A stretch of 63,617 nucleotides of DNA, filler included, from Hyphochytrium catenoides (GCA_900088475.1; 7 parts of 7 records of this genome joined end to end with filler, not necessarily neighbours in it), one strand, 5' to 3'; positions 26,699-46,657 are shown, counted from the first letter of the whole stretch. The notes: generated by a model not told the origin, from the letters alone. A program made the numbers and translations.

Positions 26699-27157
26699 CT
26701 CACGTCTGCCAGTGGCAATCGTAGGTTACGGGCCGCGATGCTGTCCCCTATCTGCCTTGCTCTATCAAGCTCAGGAACGAGGCAGGCCGACTCACGTCTG
26801 CAAGTGCCACTCATAGCTCACACGCCGTAACCCTGCCCCTTATCTGCCTTGCTCTATCAAGCTCAGGAACGAGGCAGGCCGACTCACGTCTGCAAGTGCC
26901 ATTCATAGCTCACACGCCGTGATGCTGCCCCTTGTCTGACTTGCCGACGAAGCTCAGGAACAAGGCAGGCCGACTCACCCCTGCAATTGGCACTCACAGC
27001 TCACACGCCGTGATGCTGCACCCTGTCTGCCTTGCTCTATCAAGCTCAGGAACAAGGCAGGCCGACTCACCCCTGCAATTGGCACTCATAGCTCACACGC
27101 CGTGATGCTGGCCCCTACCTGCCTTGTTTGACCAAGCTCAGGAAAGACGCAGGCCGA
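26699..27157. repeat. Tandem array of five ~92-bp units, each with an internal inverted repeat
   Basis: Units start at 26699, 26791, 26883, 26974 and 27066. Shared core: CTGCCTTGCTCTATCAAGCTCAGGAAC(A/G)AGGCAGGCCGACTCAC. Confidence 0.95.
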
Positions 27158-28139
27158 GTTCAGGAACGACCGCGGACCGATGAGGAAGCTTGACAGACTT
27201 CCCTTGCTGTCCAGACTCTGGTGGAGAGACACCGATTGCCGATCACAACCTTTTGACAGCTGCAAGCGATGAAACAGAGATTAAGAGATTGATTATCAAA
27301 TCTCTCTGATCATCCATTGGCACCAGCAGTAATCGAATACATAAACCAGCAGATAACCTCTACTGAATATTCTCGTAAACCTCAAGCAAGTTCTTTATTA
27401 GAAAACTACCAGCCTCGTATAGGAAGGTAAAGTGTTACTAATGTTTCCAGGAACATTCGTGAAAGCTTCATATTGTAAAATATGGCAGGAAGCACAAAAG
27501 AAAAAGTGGGAGGCGCCGACCGTCCAAGAAAGTGCCGCGCCCGAGCTGCATACAGCGGAAACCTATAGTTAATATTAGGCCATTGCACTCAACGAAATCA
27601 CCTTTTCTTTTGGCAGACACATGTTCTCCATAGCTTCACACAGCGCATGAGTTTCAAACATCATCATCTTCTGTTCTTCCCTTTCCCTTCTCTCTCTTCC
27701 CTTCTCCCTCTGTTCTGTCTCTTCGGCCAATTGACGTTTCAATCATCTGAGGCTCTGATTCTGATCCTGGTGTTGAAGCTGTAAGTGCGGCATCTACTCA
27801 CGGATCCTCCAGTGACGCAATCTGATGCACTCTTTTGCTTGTTCGCCGCCCCTTAAGCTCTAGTCTCGTCTATACGGCGTCATCTGGCTTCTGCCACCTC
27901 TAATAATAGGCCAGAGAAGGAAAGAAGGACTTTGGGTTTGGCCCATATCTCTCAGCCTTTAGCTCCAGCTGTAGGCATTCATTAGCTTCTAGGTTGTAAG
28001 GCGTCTCTCGGAAAGCAGAAACCAGTAGCCATTCAGTACCAAGATCGGACTCCTCTTCGTTTTCTTCGCAGCCTTGTGTCCTCTCGCCTCCCGTCAAGCG
28101 TCTCTCAGCTTGTTGGTCTTTCCTCCTCTTGCGCTGATC

Positions 28140-28676
28140 ATGGATAACTTTGATCGGTCTGATGGAACTATAGACCTGGAGCGGGCAACGCACATGCTCA
28201 ATGAACGTGTGCTGATGTTTGGCGTCCCTCCTGACCCTGACTCCAGTAGACAGTCTGCCGCAGTTCTAGATGGCTCCACTGTAAGCGGTACGGAGAGAGA
28301 TAGGGAAAGAGAACGAGGTACGACTGACTCCTCCACTTCAAAGAGGAAGAAGAGAAGGAAGCTTTGTTCAGTGGAGCATTGTCCAAATCAGGCAGTAAGG
28401 AATGGCATCTGCATCTCTCACGGCGCTAGAAAGTATAAGACGTGCAAGGTCGAGAATTGTGACGGGAACGCCATCCAAGGCGGTGTCTGCAGAGAGCACG
28501 GCGCTCGCTTGACTGTCAAAAAGTGCTCTATGCTGGGCTGCGACAAGAAGGCGATCCAAGGTGGTGTCTGCATGAAGCACGGGGCGCAGATACGGCGGTG
28601 TAAGACAGAAGGATGTACCAAATATGCGGTGCAAGGAGGGCTTTGTTTGGGTCATGGCGCAAACATCAGACGGTAA
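28140..28676 (+). CDS. WRKY19-like zinc-finger repeat protein (4 repeats visible), probably 3'-incomplete
   Basis: NLS-like KRKKRRK, then CSVEHCPNQAVRNGICISHG, CKVENCDGNAIQGGVCREHG, CSMLGCDKKAIQGGVCMKHG and CKTEGCTKYAVQGGLCLGHG. The apparent stop lies inside a GTAAG donor, and the contig ends at 29155. Confidence 0.85.
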   Translation: MDNFDRSDGTIDLERATHMLNERVLMFGVPPDPDSSRQSAAVLDGSTVSGTERDRERERGTTDSSTSKRKKRRKLCSVEHCPNQAVRNGICISHGARKYKTCKVENCDGNAIQGGVCREHGARLTVKKCSMLGCDKKAIQGGVCMKHGAQIRRCKTEGCTKYAVQGGLCLGHGANIRR

Positions 28677-29495
28677 GAGGAGAAACTAGAAGTGTCGCCG
28701 GGAAGGGAGAAGGGCCGATGTAAATCGTGAAGGGGAGAGAGAGAGAGGGAGAGAGAGAGAGAGAGAGACACAGAGAGAGAGAGAGAGAGAGCTGGGAAAG
28801 AGAGAGAAGGGGTTAAAGAAGAAGGAGAGCCCCATCGGGTTTTGAGTGAAGTATAAAACGACATGGAGTTATTGATGGGACAAGCTAGAAGTTCTGGGAA
28901 GAGATGGAGTAGAGATGGAGAGAGGAGAGAGAAGACATCCTCCATGAGGAAAAAGAGAAAGGAACCAGAGAGAGAAAGAAAGAGCACACCTTGCTGAGAC
29001 AAATAAGAAGACAAAGCCCAGAGAAAAAGCGGGGCAAAGAGATAAGGACTAGACAATTCGGAGGCTTTGAAGAGTTAGTGCGTGCCAGACTACCGATTAT
29101 ATGGGCTTTTGTCCTCCTCGTTCCACTCATCGCTAATCGCTATCATATATTTGGCNNNNNNNNNNNNNNNNNNNNNNNNNNNNNNNNNNNNNNNNNNNNT
29201 TAATTAATTAANNNNNNNNNNNNNNNNNNNNNNNNNNNNNNNNNNNNNNNNNNNNGAGAGAGAGAGAGAGAGTGTGGCTACATAGCTTCAACCCTCCCGT
29301 TCATGTTACCTATTGGTCCATTGCCCTATCTTCGCTCTCCCGCTGGGGACCTGCGGCGCTGTCTCTGAATCTCAAGAAAGCATAAGGGAGAAGGCGTCTG
29401 CTGCTCTTGCCCTCTCTCTCTCCCTGAGAGGCATCAGCAGGAACAAACAGAGAACCTAGAGCTTGGTGAGCAAGAGGAGAGAGAGAGAGAGAGTC

Positions 29496-36380
<6,885 letters not shown>

Positions 36381-36706
36381 GCGCAGAGAAGAAAAGGGAA
36401 GCTGTTGAGGGACGTTGTGGGCCCGACAAGCACATCAGACTCTTTCTATTCTCTTTCCGCATCTAGTCTATTCTGCTGCCGCCCCTCCCCTCGTCCAGGA
36501 CGTCAGCGATCTGTCTCTCAATAGGTGGTCATCTTTCACTGCTCTTCCCTTCATAAGCTCTGGCTATAACGATTACCGACGTCCTCTGTCTCTTAACTTA
36601 ATCTAGTACGTCCCTGTGTATCTTTCTGTCTTTGTCTCTGTCTCCTATCTTCTCAAAACCCCATACACTCTCTCTTCCTCTCTCTCCTCTCTCTTCCTCG
36701 CTCTTC

Positions 36707-36748
<42 letters not shown>

Positions 36749-37005
36749 GAGCTCACATATGACTATTCTCTCTCTCCTATCTCTCTCTTTTGTTCTCTCT
36801 CTCCCTCTCCCTCTTACATACACGTACAGTTACTCAATCTCTAATCCTCTCCTTTCTTCTACGTTGATGCATTAAGTTCGCTTACCTTCCGTGGGAAAGG
36901 TTGGACGGCTTGAGTCAATCATTAAGATACTGGGAAGGGAACATAAATGAGATTAGCTTACTAGGGAAGGAAGTATATATGAGATTAGCTTGCGAGCCTG
37001 TATGT

Positions 37006-37909
37006 TCAGCCCTTAGGAGCGTGACGGCGAGTCTTTTGTCGTGCGGGATCCCGACTCAGACCTTGAAACCATCTGCACGGGAGAGATAGAGCCGGGAAGC
37101 CAGGAATAGAGATTGTCTGAGAGCAGAGTAAAAGATAGAGGAGAGAGCCATGAAGTATGAGAGACAAGAGGAACTTCTACAGTTGCACACATAGGGGGCA
37201 TTGGTACCCTACGAGGGAAAGCCAAAGAAGGACACAAAGGCCTAGGCTCGAGGGAACTGACAAGTGATGGCTATGGACAAAAATAGGGAGAATGCGGAGA
37301 TCGCCGAGGGGTTGGTCCTACCCTATTTCCTCAGCTGTAGTGCCGGGGAAGGCCTCTGGGTTTCGAGGTTGACTAGCCTTTGCGGAAGCTTTCTCCAGCT
37401 TTTTCAGAAGGTCGTCGACTCCGGCTCGCTCTTCTTCTTTCCACTCTTTTGCAGCCTTTGCAGGGTCATAATGCTCTGGCTTGACTGCGACTGGTGTCAC
37501 TGAACGGAGCGAAAGAAAGCAAGTGTGAGCATTAGACTAGACGCAAAGGGAAGAGCGAGGCGGAGTGGAGCGGAGCAAAGGCAGTATCGGAAGATAGCGC
37601 GGTGACTGGTAGAGAAGGAGCAAGGGAGGGGATCACAGCAGATTCAAAGAGAGGACAGGGCAGCAACAGAAGCAAGCTTACTTCTAAGGACGTTTGGTTG
37701 GAAGTTTGACTGAAGGCGAGAGAGAGTCTCCTCTGTCCGTATCTGCTCTCTCCATATCGCATTCGCTGCCACCTAACAAGCAGCAATAGAGTATGAAAGG
37801 CAATGATGAGGAAGATTGGCTGCTTTGCCTTCTTCGCTCCCGTCTTTGTCCTTACCTCATTCTCGACCTTTCCCTTTGCTTTATTTTGTGACGAAGCTGC
37901 GTGCTCCAT
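37006..37909 (-). CDS. FAM183/CFAP144-like small ciliary microtubule inner protein; 4 exons
   Basis: Phase-consistent splice: MEHAASSQNKAKGKVENE | VAANAIWREQIRTEETLSRLQSNFQPNVLR | MTPVAVKP...PEAFPGTTAEEIG | WFQGLSRDPARQKTRRHAPKG*. It fits the recalled FAM183 motifs NxIxxExxxxE, xxKP and PxTxxxEIGW. Confidence 0.7.
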
Positions 37910-39066
37910 ATGTAGCTCTCCCTTATAACGGAGACAAAACCAACGCCAGAGCGATGGACGTATTGCTTGTGCCACTCGTAGAGAGGAAAGATGAGAGAAG
38001 AAGGTGCTGATGCCGGCAACGAGAGGTGTAGAACCCAACGGAGCTCGGGCAGCTGGGAGGAGGATGCTTGTACGTCTGATGAGAGATAGGACTATGGTAC
38101 GGGATCTTCCCGCCTAGACTTCCTTCGTTCTCTCTGTCGTTTCTTCTCTATGGCGGCTTAACTCATCGCTTCTACTTTTGGTAAGCAGAAGGAGAAGAGA
38201 ACACGGCAAGCGGATTCCATGGTGAAGCGTTTGAATAGTAACAAGTGGCAGGGCCGGCCAAGAAAGAGGAGAAGACTCGAAAGGTAAGAGAACAGGCGAG
38301 GGACAGTCAGGTAAGGAGAAGACAGCCGGCACGAAGAGGAAGAACAGCGTCTATCGCAGGCCTCAGCATCTCTCTCTTGCTCCAAAGCTAAGAATAGTCC
38401 CGGTGCTAAGAGTTCGTTGACATCAGAGGCTTGGACAGCGCTGACGGTGGTTACTACGTAGTAGAATCAGTAGTGCACTATCGTGACACTACAGTAGGAC
38501 GAAACGGTTCTGCCAAGCGTCCTCATGAGGAATCAGACCATGAGGGTTGTTGAACAGAAGCATTCTTTTACTGAATAGGACTGGGCCGGAGAGTGGCTAC
38601 ATCCGCAGGACGGACAAGGAGAAGGGCAATCACGGTCAAAGGAAGAAGACATAGAACTCCTTGACTTGTTGCTGGGATGACATGCCTGGAGAGGCAAGGG
38701 CTTGGTAGCCCTGCTGCCAGTACCATGATTCCGCCAAAGCTGCAGTGGCTCCTCCTCCTTAATGCTTCGCGTTACCATGCTGAAGACTTGTGTTCGGGAC
38801 ATGGCAGTTCTTAGGGCTCTTATGATGATATCACATTCTCACAACCGATGTCCCCTACGCTTAGGGGAGGGAGCCAGCAAAACTAGTGGCGACGTCCGGA
38901 GAATGCTAGTTGACAAGCACTCGTAAGCGGACGAGGAGAAGAGCAAGAAAGGATGTATTTAGACGAGGCATCTGCTGCCATTCTCTAACATCTGTCCAGC
39001 GCTTTGCTATTATTGGCGACGCCGGTGTTGTCGCGGGCTGTAATAGCTTCACGAGCTCCGTGCTGA

Positions 39067-39765
39067 TTAGTTGGAGTTGGACGCTTCATCGATGTCCGTC
39101 TCAGCAGATGTGAGCTGCTCATCGGTCGCCCCGGGCTCCAGAAGAACATACTTGTAGATGAGATACTCTGCCACGGTGTAGCCCATTATCCACCACAACG
39201 TAACCATGATGTCAAGAAGGCTGGGTCGACGTAGATTTGGCACGTAGAGCAGCACTAGATAGCCCGGAAAAATGACGGAAAGTGTGTACACGGCACGTTT
39301 TGGTTCGGAAAAAGGTGAAGCAGAAGACCCGAACCCAGACATAGGCGTGAAGCATGATAACTGTTCCTGCCAGCAACTCCCTGCCCTCGGGCTTCACCCA
39401 CAGGTTTGGGGCGTAGTAGCAGTGGAGAACGGTGAAAGCAATATAGCTGGGCCGCATCAATCGTCTTGCCTCATACAGGGGTGGCGTAAGATACAGCGGC
39501 GTGGGACCAGGCACAAACAAAGCGCCACTAGTAATCACTGTCCATACAGCTACCTTGCTCATGGTGAAGAAAGCGACAAATCCAGCACTGATCTCCGTCG
39601 TTCCATATATTATTAGAAGGAGGCTTAGCATGACTCAGTTGATGAGCTTTAGTTCTGCACTTTGTCCGGACCAGATGGCTGTTCGGATACTTCTTGCTTG
39701 CTGCCGTGAACATCCTCATTATCCAAACAGCGTAATCTGCAATATACCAGAGCAGCAGGAACCTG
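39067..39765 (-). pseudogene. Frameshifted multi-pass membrane protein gene
   Basis: Hydrophobic segments continue across three overlapping frames (FLLLWYIADYAVWIMRMF; MLSLLLIIYG...LHAYVWVRVFCFTFF; VYTLSVIFPGYLVLLY...IMVTLWWIMGYTVAEYLIYKYV), with an in-frame TGA and no room for introns at the frame switches. Confidence 0.4.
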
Positions 39766-41162
39766 TGAGGGGCCAAGTCACTTTGGAGACCAGGGTCGAA
39801 TGATAAATGGCAAGGGCGAAGGTTACTTGGCAGCAGCTCTTGCAGGCTGGTTGTTATAGGGCCTCAGAGAAGCAGTAAATGATCAGAGTTGCCACGGACT
39901 CTGACTGCAGTGCAAATTCAACATCTAAGGTGAGAATGAGGCTGCAGTCGGCCTCTACCATTGGATTGTGCCGATGAAGAAGGAGTCTACATAGTGGAAC
40001 TAGTACGGCCCACACTGGCTGTAAGGTGTAAGTGGAGAAGCTTCTAAACGTAACATGTAGGACGAATCTACTCTGTCATCAGGAAAAATCGGGAGACAGA
40101 GAAGGGAATGCTAAGGTTTCTTTGCCATTACTAGGGTGTCAGCGATAATGCTAGGCAGGAAGTAGACTAGAGAGCCAGCTCCGTGCTAGGCACTCCAGAG
40201 ACCAACCACGTCACCGAATATACAATTAAGCAACGTCACTGGGGCTGTTTATGCTCGATTCTGAGCAGTCGATAACAAAGAAAGGTCACTAATCGTCGAG
40301 ACTCCAAAGGTAAGGACTGCTATACTCTGACAACAGCAACTTGTTCCTCGCTGCAACAACAATTGAGAGACCACAATGGGCACAGAAGCTCAGAGGTTAG
40401 ACCCCTCTGCAACCAACACTTCCAACTACGCTTCTCCTGTCGTCACCCTCGTCCACGAGTGATTCGAGTGTGCGAGAACTCTGTGTATGGCGCAAGGACA
40501 GGAAGATGACCGACAAAATCTCAAACAGCTACTACGGTGGCTGGCTCAGTCCATCTTACTACGAGCGCTGTCTAGCTTCTTAGAAGTTCTATGTCATTAG
40601 TCTGGGAAGCTATGGGACACACAGCCGGAGGGGCTTTGGTCCTCATGAAGGAACATACCAGCCTGTGAGGTTCGCCGCCCTTGCCGGTGCCTTTGATGCT
40701 TCGATGGCGGATCGATGAAGGATGAAGAGTAGTGCACTTGATGGTCCATCCCTGTCTTCCAATCGCTGTACTGTAACGGTTTCTGTGAGTAATAATAAGT
40801 AATCAGAGATGCTTGTTCTCAGCGCTAGTCCAGGGGGAGCTCAGAAATACCAACACCCACCTCTGGGGGAGGACTGAAGGAGATGGGACAGATCGACTTT
40901 TGGGTTTTTGATTTTTTGTTCCCCTTCCGTCTGTCTGTTGATGAAGCTCTATGAAGCTCTTTGGAGCTCTGTGGAGCTCTGAGGGATGATGAAGCCCGAG
41001 CGCCGTCTGGGATGTTTGAGGACAGACGTCGTGTACTCGCTGAGCTGATCAGAACCACCTTCTATTAGCTAGGACTCGTGAAGTGCGGCCGCTGCGTTAA
41101 TCTTTCTTCTTCTTTATCTCATCGGCGCTGTGCGGAAGTAGCTATCTCTGCTCAGGTGGATC

Positions 41163-42629
41163 ATGGCAGAGCCTAAGCAGTTCGAAAATCTTAACGCGAA
41201 GATCTCCATGGCCGAAGTCTATTGCTTGAAGTGAGTTGAGCACAGAAATCAACCACCTGCTACGGTCTACCCTGGTGTACCGCTTGGATGCTTTGTTCAT
41301 TTCTTGTCCTTGTATGCCATATCATTCTCCAGACTTCGACTCCATGACCGACTGACTCTCCTCTTATCAGTGAAGACTCCAAGCATACGCATAAAAACTT
41401 GTTCATGGGAGATGAGACACTATGTTTGAAGTCCGACGCTGATGGTAAGCGAACAACTATGTTAGATTATGAATGAAGAGGTGGGGTGGATGGGAGGTTT
41501 AGAGCGGAGTGAAGTCGTGAGTCTGCAATCGAGAGAGACTTTAGCGAGCAAGGAGAAGAAGGCAGAACCGGTTAGACAGAGAAAGAAGAGAATTAGAAGG
41601 GACACCACATAAAAGCGAGAAGGAGGCAAAGCAAGAGAGGAGAGAGAATAGAAGCTAAACAGAATAGGTGGAGGGAGAGAGATTAGCGAATAAGGACTGA
41701 AATTATAAAGACAGAGATGACATGCACTAGCTAGACTTACTCGAGCGTTATAGAGCAGTTATTGCTGGATATTCCCTTCCAAGAGAAGATCAAGCTTCAC
41801 TCTTTTAGCATCGTAGCTCCCAATGACGGTACGAAAATATAGTGTGCCCAGATCCTAACCTTACTATGTATCGCCTTCCGCACTCCGTGTTGGACTTGGA
41901 CCTCTTGGTTAAAGTGTCTCTGTGTGCCTTGCTTCTGTCCTTCTCACGCCTCTCGCACGTCTTCTCAGAGACCGCACCTAAGACAGTGAAGATCTTTGTA
42001 AATAACAATAGTATGGGATTCTCGGATGTCGAGAGCACCACTCCTACCCAGGTCTTCACCTTTGAGAAGGGTGAGCTCAAGAAAGACAAGAAGTTCCCTG
42101 TCAAATTCGTCAAGTTCCAGAACGTTGATAACCTCACGGTACGTGACAATATGTCAAGCGTAAAGGCGAGCCCTGGAGTTCGAAAAGGGCGGCGGACAGA
42201 CACAACAGAGCGAAATGAACACGTCAAAACGTAGCGGCTGAAAGATAACAATGAACTCCCCGAGGAGAGCGGAAGGAGATCGTACATCTAACCATAGTGA
42301 CCTAACTTCAAAGCGTTTGCTCTTCTAGATATTTATTGAGGAGAATCATGGGGGCGATGTGACAGTTCTTTCTGGCCTTTACTTCTATGGATCGTCAATC
42401 GCAGGGACCAACGTAGCTGACATTAAGAAGGTGCCGGATGGTAAGTGGAACGTGTGAGAAATATTCTGTAGCGAATAAGAAAGTAAAGAGAAAGATGAGA
42501 GAAAGGGCACGGACAAGTGATCAAGATTTCAAGTCCGAGTGGAGCTAGAACTCTGTTAGATTACGAAGGCAGCAAAAAGAAAATCAGCAGTTGTTCTGAC
42601 AGTCACCATGATTATCTCCGGCAGAGTAA
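41163..42629 (+). CDS. Stand-alone PITH-domain protein (TXNL1 C-terminal-like); 6 exons
   Basis: EVYCLN | EDSKHTHKNLF...CLKSDAD | EQLLLDIPFQEKIKLHSF | APKTVKIFVNN..MGFSDVE...VKFVKFQNVDNLT | IFIEENHGGDVT...GTNVADIKKVPD | E*. The last mini-exon is less certain. Confidence 0.9.
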
Positions 42630-43151
42630 CAAGAAGACAGTCCATTGAGCGATAGGACAACAAGACTGAGGGACAGCGCAACTCCAGTTGCTCTCCAGAA
42701 CATCAGAAGATCGACTTTAACAGACTCAACATTGACAATAATAAATATTTGGGAATGTCAGAAGGGCGTTCACTCTTCCACGTCGACAGATGATCGCGCT
42801 CGATCGCTCCTGTGCAACGTGAGAGAAAAGGAAGGTTATTGGAGATCAAAGGACTATCTGGCCTTCTCTCCCTGCGGCTCTCTCCTTCTTCTCTCCAGGC
42901 CAATTGCTCTGGCCGTACTCTATATATATACATTTTTCAACGTCATGAGATCTACGATCAACCATCCTTACAGCTCTCTGTCTCTCTGGACGCTCACATC
43001 CTTTGTTCCAATTAAGCTCTCTCTAGCTCTCTTCAGTCGCTTATCTCTCCTACCTGTTCAGCGGTACTGTCTCTTCCAGGACCTCCTTGTCTGAGTATGC
43101 ACGGACCCTGCATGGCAAGATACGCAAACCCCGTCAGCACCTGTTCACCTT

Positions 43152-44323
43152 TTAGATGACCCCCTGGCTGGTATCTATATACCTTTTCTTTTCCGATAAC
43201 GTGCCTCCTCGAGGCTGGCCGTCTCCCGCGACCATCATGAGGTCAGAATGTCTCTTTGGAAGTATCTCAGGCCGGGAAGTGTAGGGATATTTCACATAGA
43301 TGTAGATAGAGAGACAAACAAGCCCGATAGCGACAAACGAAGAGGGTGATAGAGAGATCCCAAGCGTAAAGTACTCTGCAACGGCGGAGATAATGATCCC
43401 TGCCACCACGGCAAAGCCTTTCCTTACACTTCCGCAGTGTTTAGTGACCTGCGCCACTAAGATCCCTCCCAACGCCTGTAGTAAGACAGGGATGAACGTC
43501 ACCCAAACGTCCAAGAGAGAGAAAGGCAAGAAGGAAGAAGAGGATTCTGCTTCTAGGCCGCGTTCCTTTGCCCTTGAGAGCTGGTTCATTACTATCCCAC
43601 CTGTGATGAAAGGCAAGCCATAGATTCCTAGCTCAATTGTAAGAAGATAGGGGTCACGCTTGGCTGCCTGCATTCCTCTCTGTACTACCGCAGCCGCTAG
43701 ACCGCTCAGACCGGCGGCGGCAATAGCTGCGATGGTCCCAACCGTCATGTCAAAGCCCTGATCCTTGTTTTCCGAAGACTTCTTGCCATCGCTGCTCTTA
43801 GAATATGACAGAAGTACGGCACCCACGAGGAGGATGACCAGCGAGACACACTGCATAACAGACTGTTTTTGGCCTAAGACGAGGTAGACGGCCAGCGTTG
43901 TGGCAAGAATCTTTGTCTGATTGAGGACGATGTAGGTGGTTGAGTCTATTTTGGAAACTGCTAACTGATTCGCATAGTTCTGCACTATGTAGATAAGTGC
44001 CGGTAGTAGGGCAAACTTAACACTGTCCGACAGTCTCCAGTTGGTAATGATGCTGCGGACGTGTCCGTTGGACCATATCGCGACTACACAGATGACGATT
44101 TTTGCCAGTTCCACAAGCAGCACCCGAAGCGGGATATTTGCGCTGGTTGGACCCCCATAGACACGCCACAGAAGAGGCGAAAGACCTGTCTGGACACTTA
44201 GTCCAAGAAGAAGGAGAAGCCCTAGGCCGTGAAGAGAAAGCGTCAATAAGAAGAAGCACTATTTGGGCGCGGACAATGCTCTCAAAAGCAGAGTTCGTGT
44301 ACCTGTGACGGTGAGATCCACAT
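43152..44323 (-). CDS. Nucleotide-sugar transporter, SLC35A-like (CMP-sialic acid / UDP-sugar family)
   Basis: Multi-TM ORF with VELAKIVIC, LPALIYIVQN, YIVLNQTKIL, SGLAAAVVQ and ALGGILVAQVTKHCGSVRKGFA. A short first exon (MWISPSQ, 44303-44323) is tentative. Confidence 0.9.
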
Positions 44324-45949
44324 CTTTCGTCATCTTCTGCCGCTCATGTAGGAAAGCCACAGCCTCGCCACGTTACTGATCTTGGCCACTTGGACTGGAC
44401 TAAGCAGAGTTCATAGTCCAGCTTTACAAAGATAAAGTCCTGCTGATGGATCCCATACGGCAGAGTGCCCCGGACAAGGTCAAGAGATTGTCTGGAAAAA
44501 GCTCAAGCTGCAGATGCGAGACAGAAACAGAGATGAAAAGACCTGCCGATGACGGACCAAAAAAAATCTCAAAAAACTATTTGGGGACTGTTGAAGCCTT
44601 TCAATCCAGGGGGAGCTCAGGAAACTGTAAAAAGCCACGCAACTCCAACTCCAAGAGCTTCTGCCGCATTTACCTCGTAAATTAGCAATTCAAGATCGTA
44701 CTTTTACAACTCAGGCGATTGAAACGGTCTTCCTAGCAGACAGGTTGACGCTTCGCTTCAGCCATCGTCCCAGTCTTCCGCTCTCTCTCTCACTCTCTCT
44801 CTCTCTCNNNNNNNNNNNNNNNNNNNNNNNNNNNNNNNNNNNNNNNNNNNNTTAATTAATTAANNNNNNNNNNNNNNNNNNNNNNNNNNNNNNNNNNNNN
44901 NNNNNNNCCCCCCCATTTTTCTTCTAAGTATTAGCCGTGGTCAATGATTATTCATTACCATAAGTAAGAAGTGAACGGTATGTTTTGCTCAAGTCTCTTC
45001 TAGTGTAGGTAGGGAAGAAAGGCCGTGACAAACGGATCTTCAGAAGAGTTCGACGGATACGCGGGATGTCGAATCATCAGAAAATTTCGTCGCACTCAAA
45101 CATTGCAAGCAAGTCATCAATCTCGCCACGGTGATGGCAGCGCAAAGTAGATGTATGAGGAGGGAGACAGGCTTTAAGAAGCTCCACCACAGACGACGTA
45201 GCACAAGTGTCGGAGAAGAAAAAGAAGGAGAAAGGAGGAGGAGGAGGAGGAGAAGAAGGAGAAGAAGAAGAAGATGAAGAGGAGGAAAAAGAAGAGACAA
45301 GGGCTAGAGGAGCAGTGGAAAAACATTTTGAGGAGGAATGGGCCTTTATTATTCATCGACCAATAACCACAAGAGATTGCTCTCCACCTTGTGCGGAACG
45401 TTTTCTAGGGTTTTACAGTGTTATTGGTCTTCTCTGAAAATTATCACGATAGCGCTCTCGAGATGTGCGATCTGTGGGTAACTAATGGATAGTTAAAACG
45501 CTATGGGCCAAAGCGTACGTACCTCTAGTAGTATGTATCTCAGCTATCTTAAGGGCGCTTAACAGAGCAAAAGTACTCAATGAGGCATTTCATATGGTCC
45601 CTTCGTGTGGACGGATGCGCACTGTTGCAGGGGATTGTGGGGAAGACTTCTGTAGTTCCTGTTCTAAACTATGGCATTTCCGGAAATGCGCACTAAAAGT
45701 TTGCAGAAAGGCATGGGAATTTTGAATTCCATACCACACACATACTCATTCCTGAGTTGAGACCCTTGTCCTGTCGGCCAAGGGCATATATAGGGAATTA
45801 TTACGAATCTTACCTTGTCCCCAGCTTTCTGCATAGAATAATACGACAATAAGCTTGAGGACGCCTTTTATAAAAATGTTTGATTTGAGCTGCTGCTCCG
45901 TTGCCTAAGATAATGTATAGGCGTCCTCAGCGCGGAGAGAGAGAAAGAA

Positions 45950-46000
<51 letters not shown>

Positions 46001-46623
46001 GAGTGAGAGAGNNNNNNNNNNNNNNNNNNNNNNNNNNNNNNNNNNNNNNNNNNNNTTAATTAATTAANNNNNNNNNNNNNNNNNNNNNNNNNNNNNNNNN
46101 NNNNNNNNNNNAGGAGACCAAGGTCAAGCGGCGCCCGGGCCCGGGCAAGGAGCGGTGGCGAGCCAGATCAAAGAAGAGAGAAAGTAAAAGCGCCGGGAGA
46201 GAGGAGAGAGAGTGCGAGGAAAACTATGAGAGTAGGGAAAAGGAGAGAGTGCAACTTTTCTCAATCAGGAGGCGAAGACTATGCCAAGAAAGCGGACTCA
46301 CAAGCCTGGAGCACACCTAGGAAAGAAGGATTCTCTCTCTTCTCCAGTCTTCTTTTTAGTTGCACTTCCCAGCATCTTAGTGCTCTTCGCTCTTTCTCTC
46401 TCTCTCTCTCTCTCTCCGGCCTCTTCCCATGGGGGTTGCGAAGGGAACACGCCGGCAAACAATGGGACGCTTGGAGACCTGGGATCTGGATGAGCTGTGC
46501 GCGTCAAGAGGCAGCCGGGAGGACTGGAGGCAAGACGCACGACAAGCTGCAAGACACGGCAGGGGTAGGGACGAAGGACAGAAGGAGAAGGGAGAAGATA
46601 GGACAAGCATGAGGAGGAGAGCA

Positions 46624-46657
<34 letters not shown>

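Noticed and set aside
26699-27157. CRISPR array or hammerhead-ribozyme satellite
   Set aside because: There are no unique spacers (whole units are homologous), no cas genes, the context is eukaryotic, and I found no canonical CUGAnGA...GAAA core.
14602-28676. Cluster of two zinc-finger repeat genes
   Set aside because: They lie on different contigs separated by the 18942-19041 linker, so physical linkage is unsupported.
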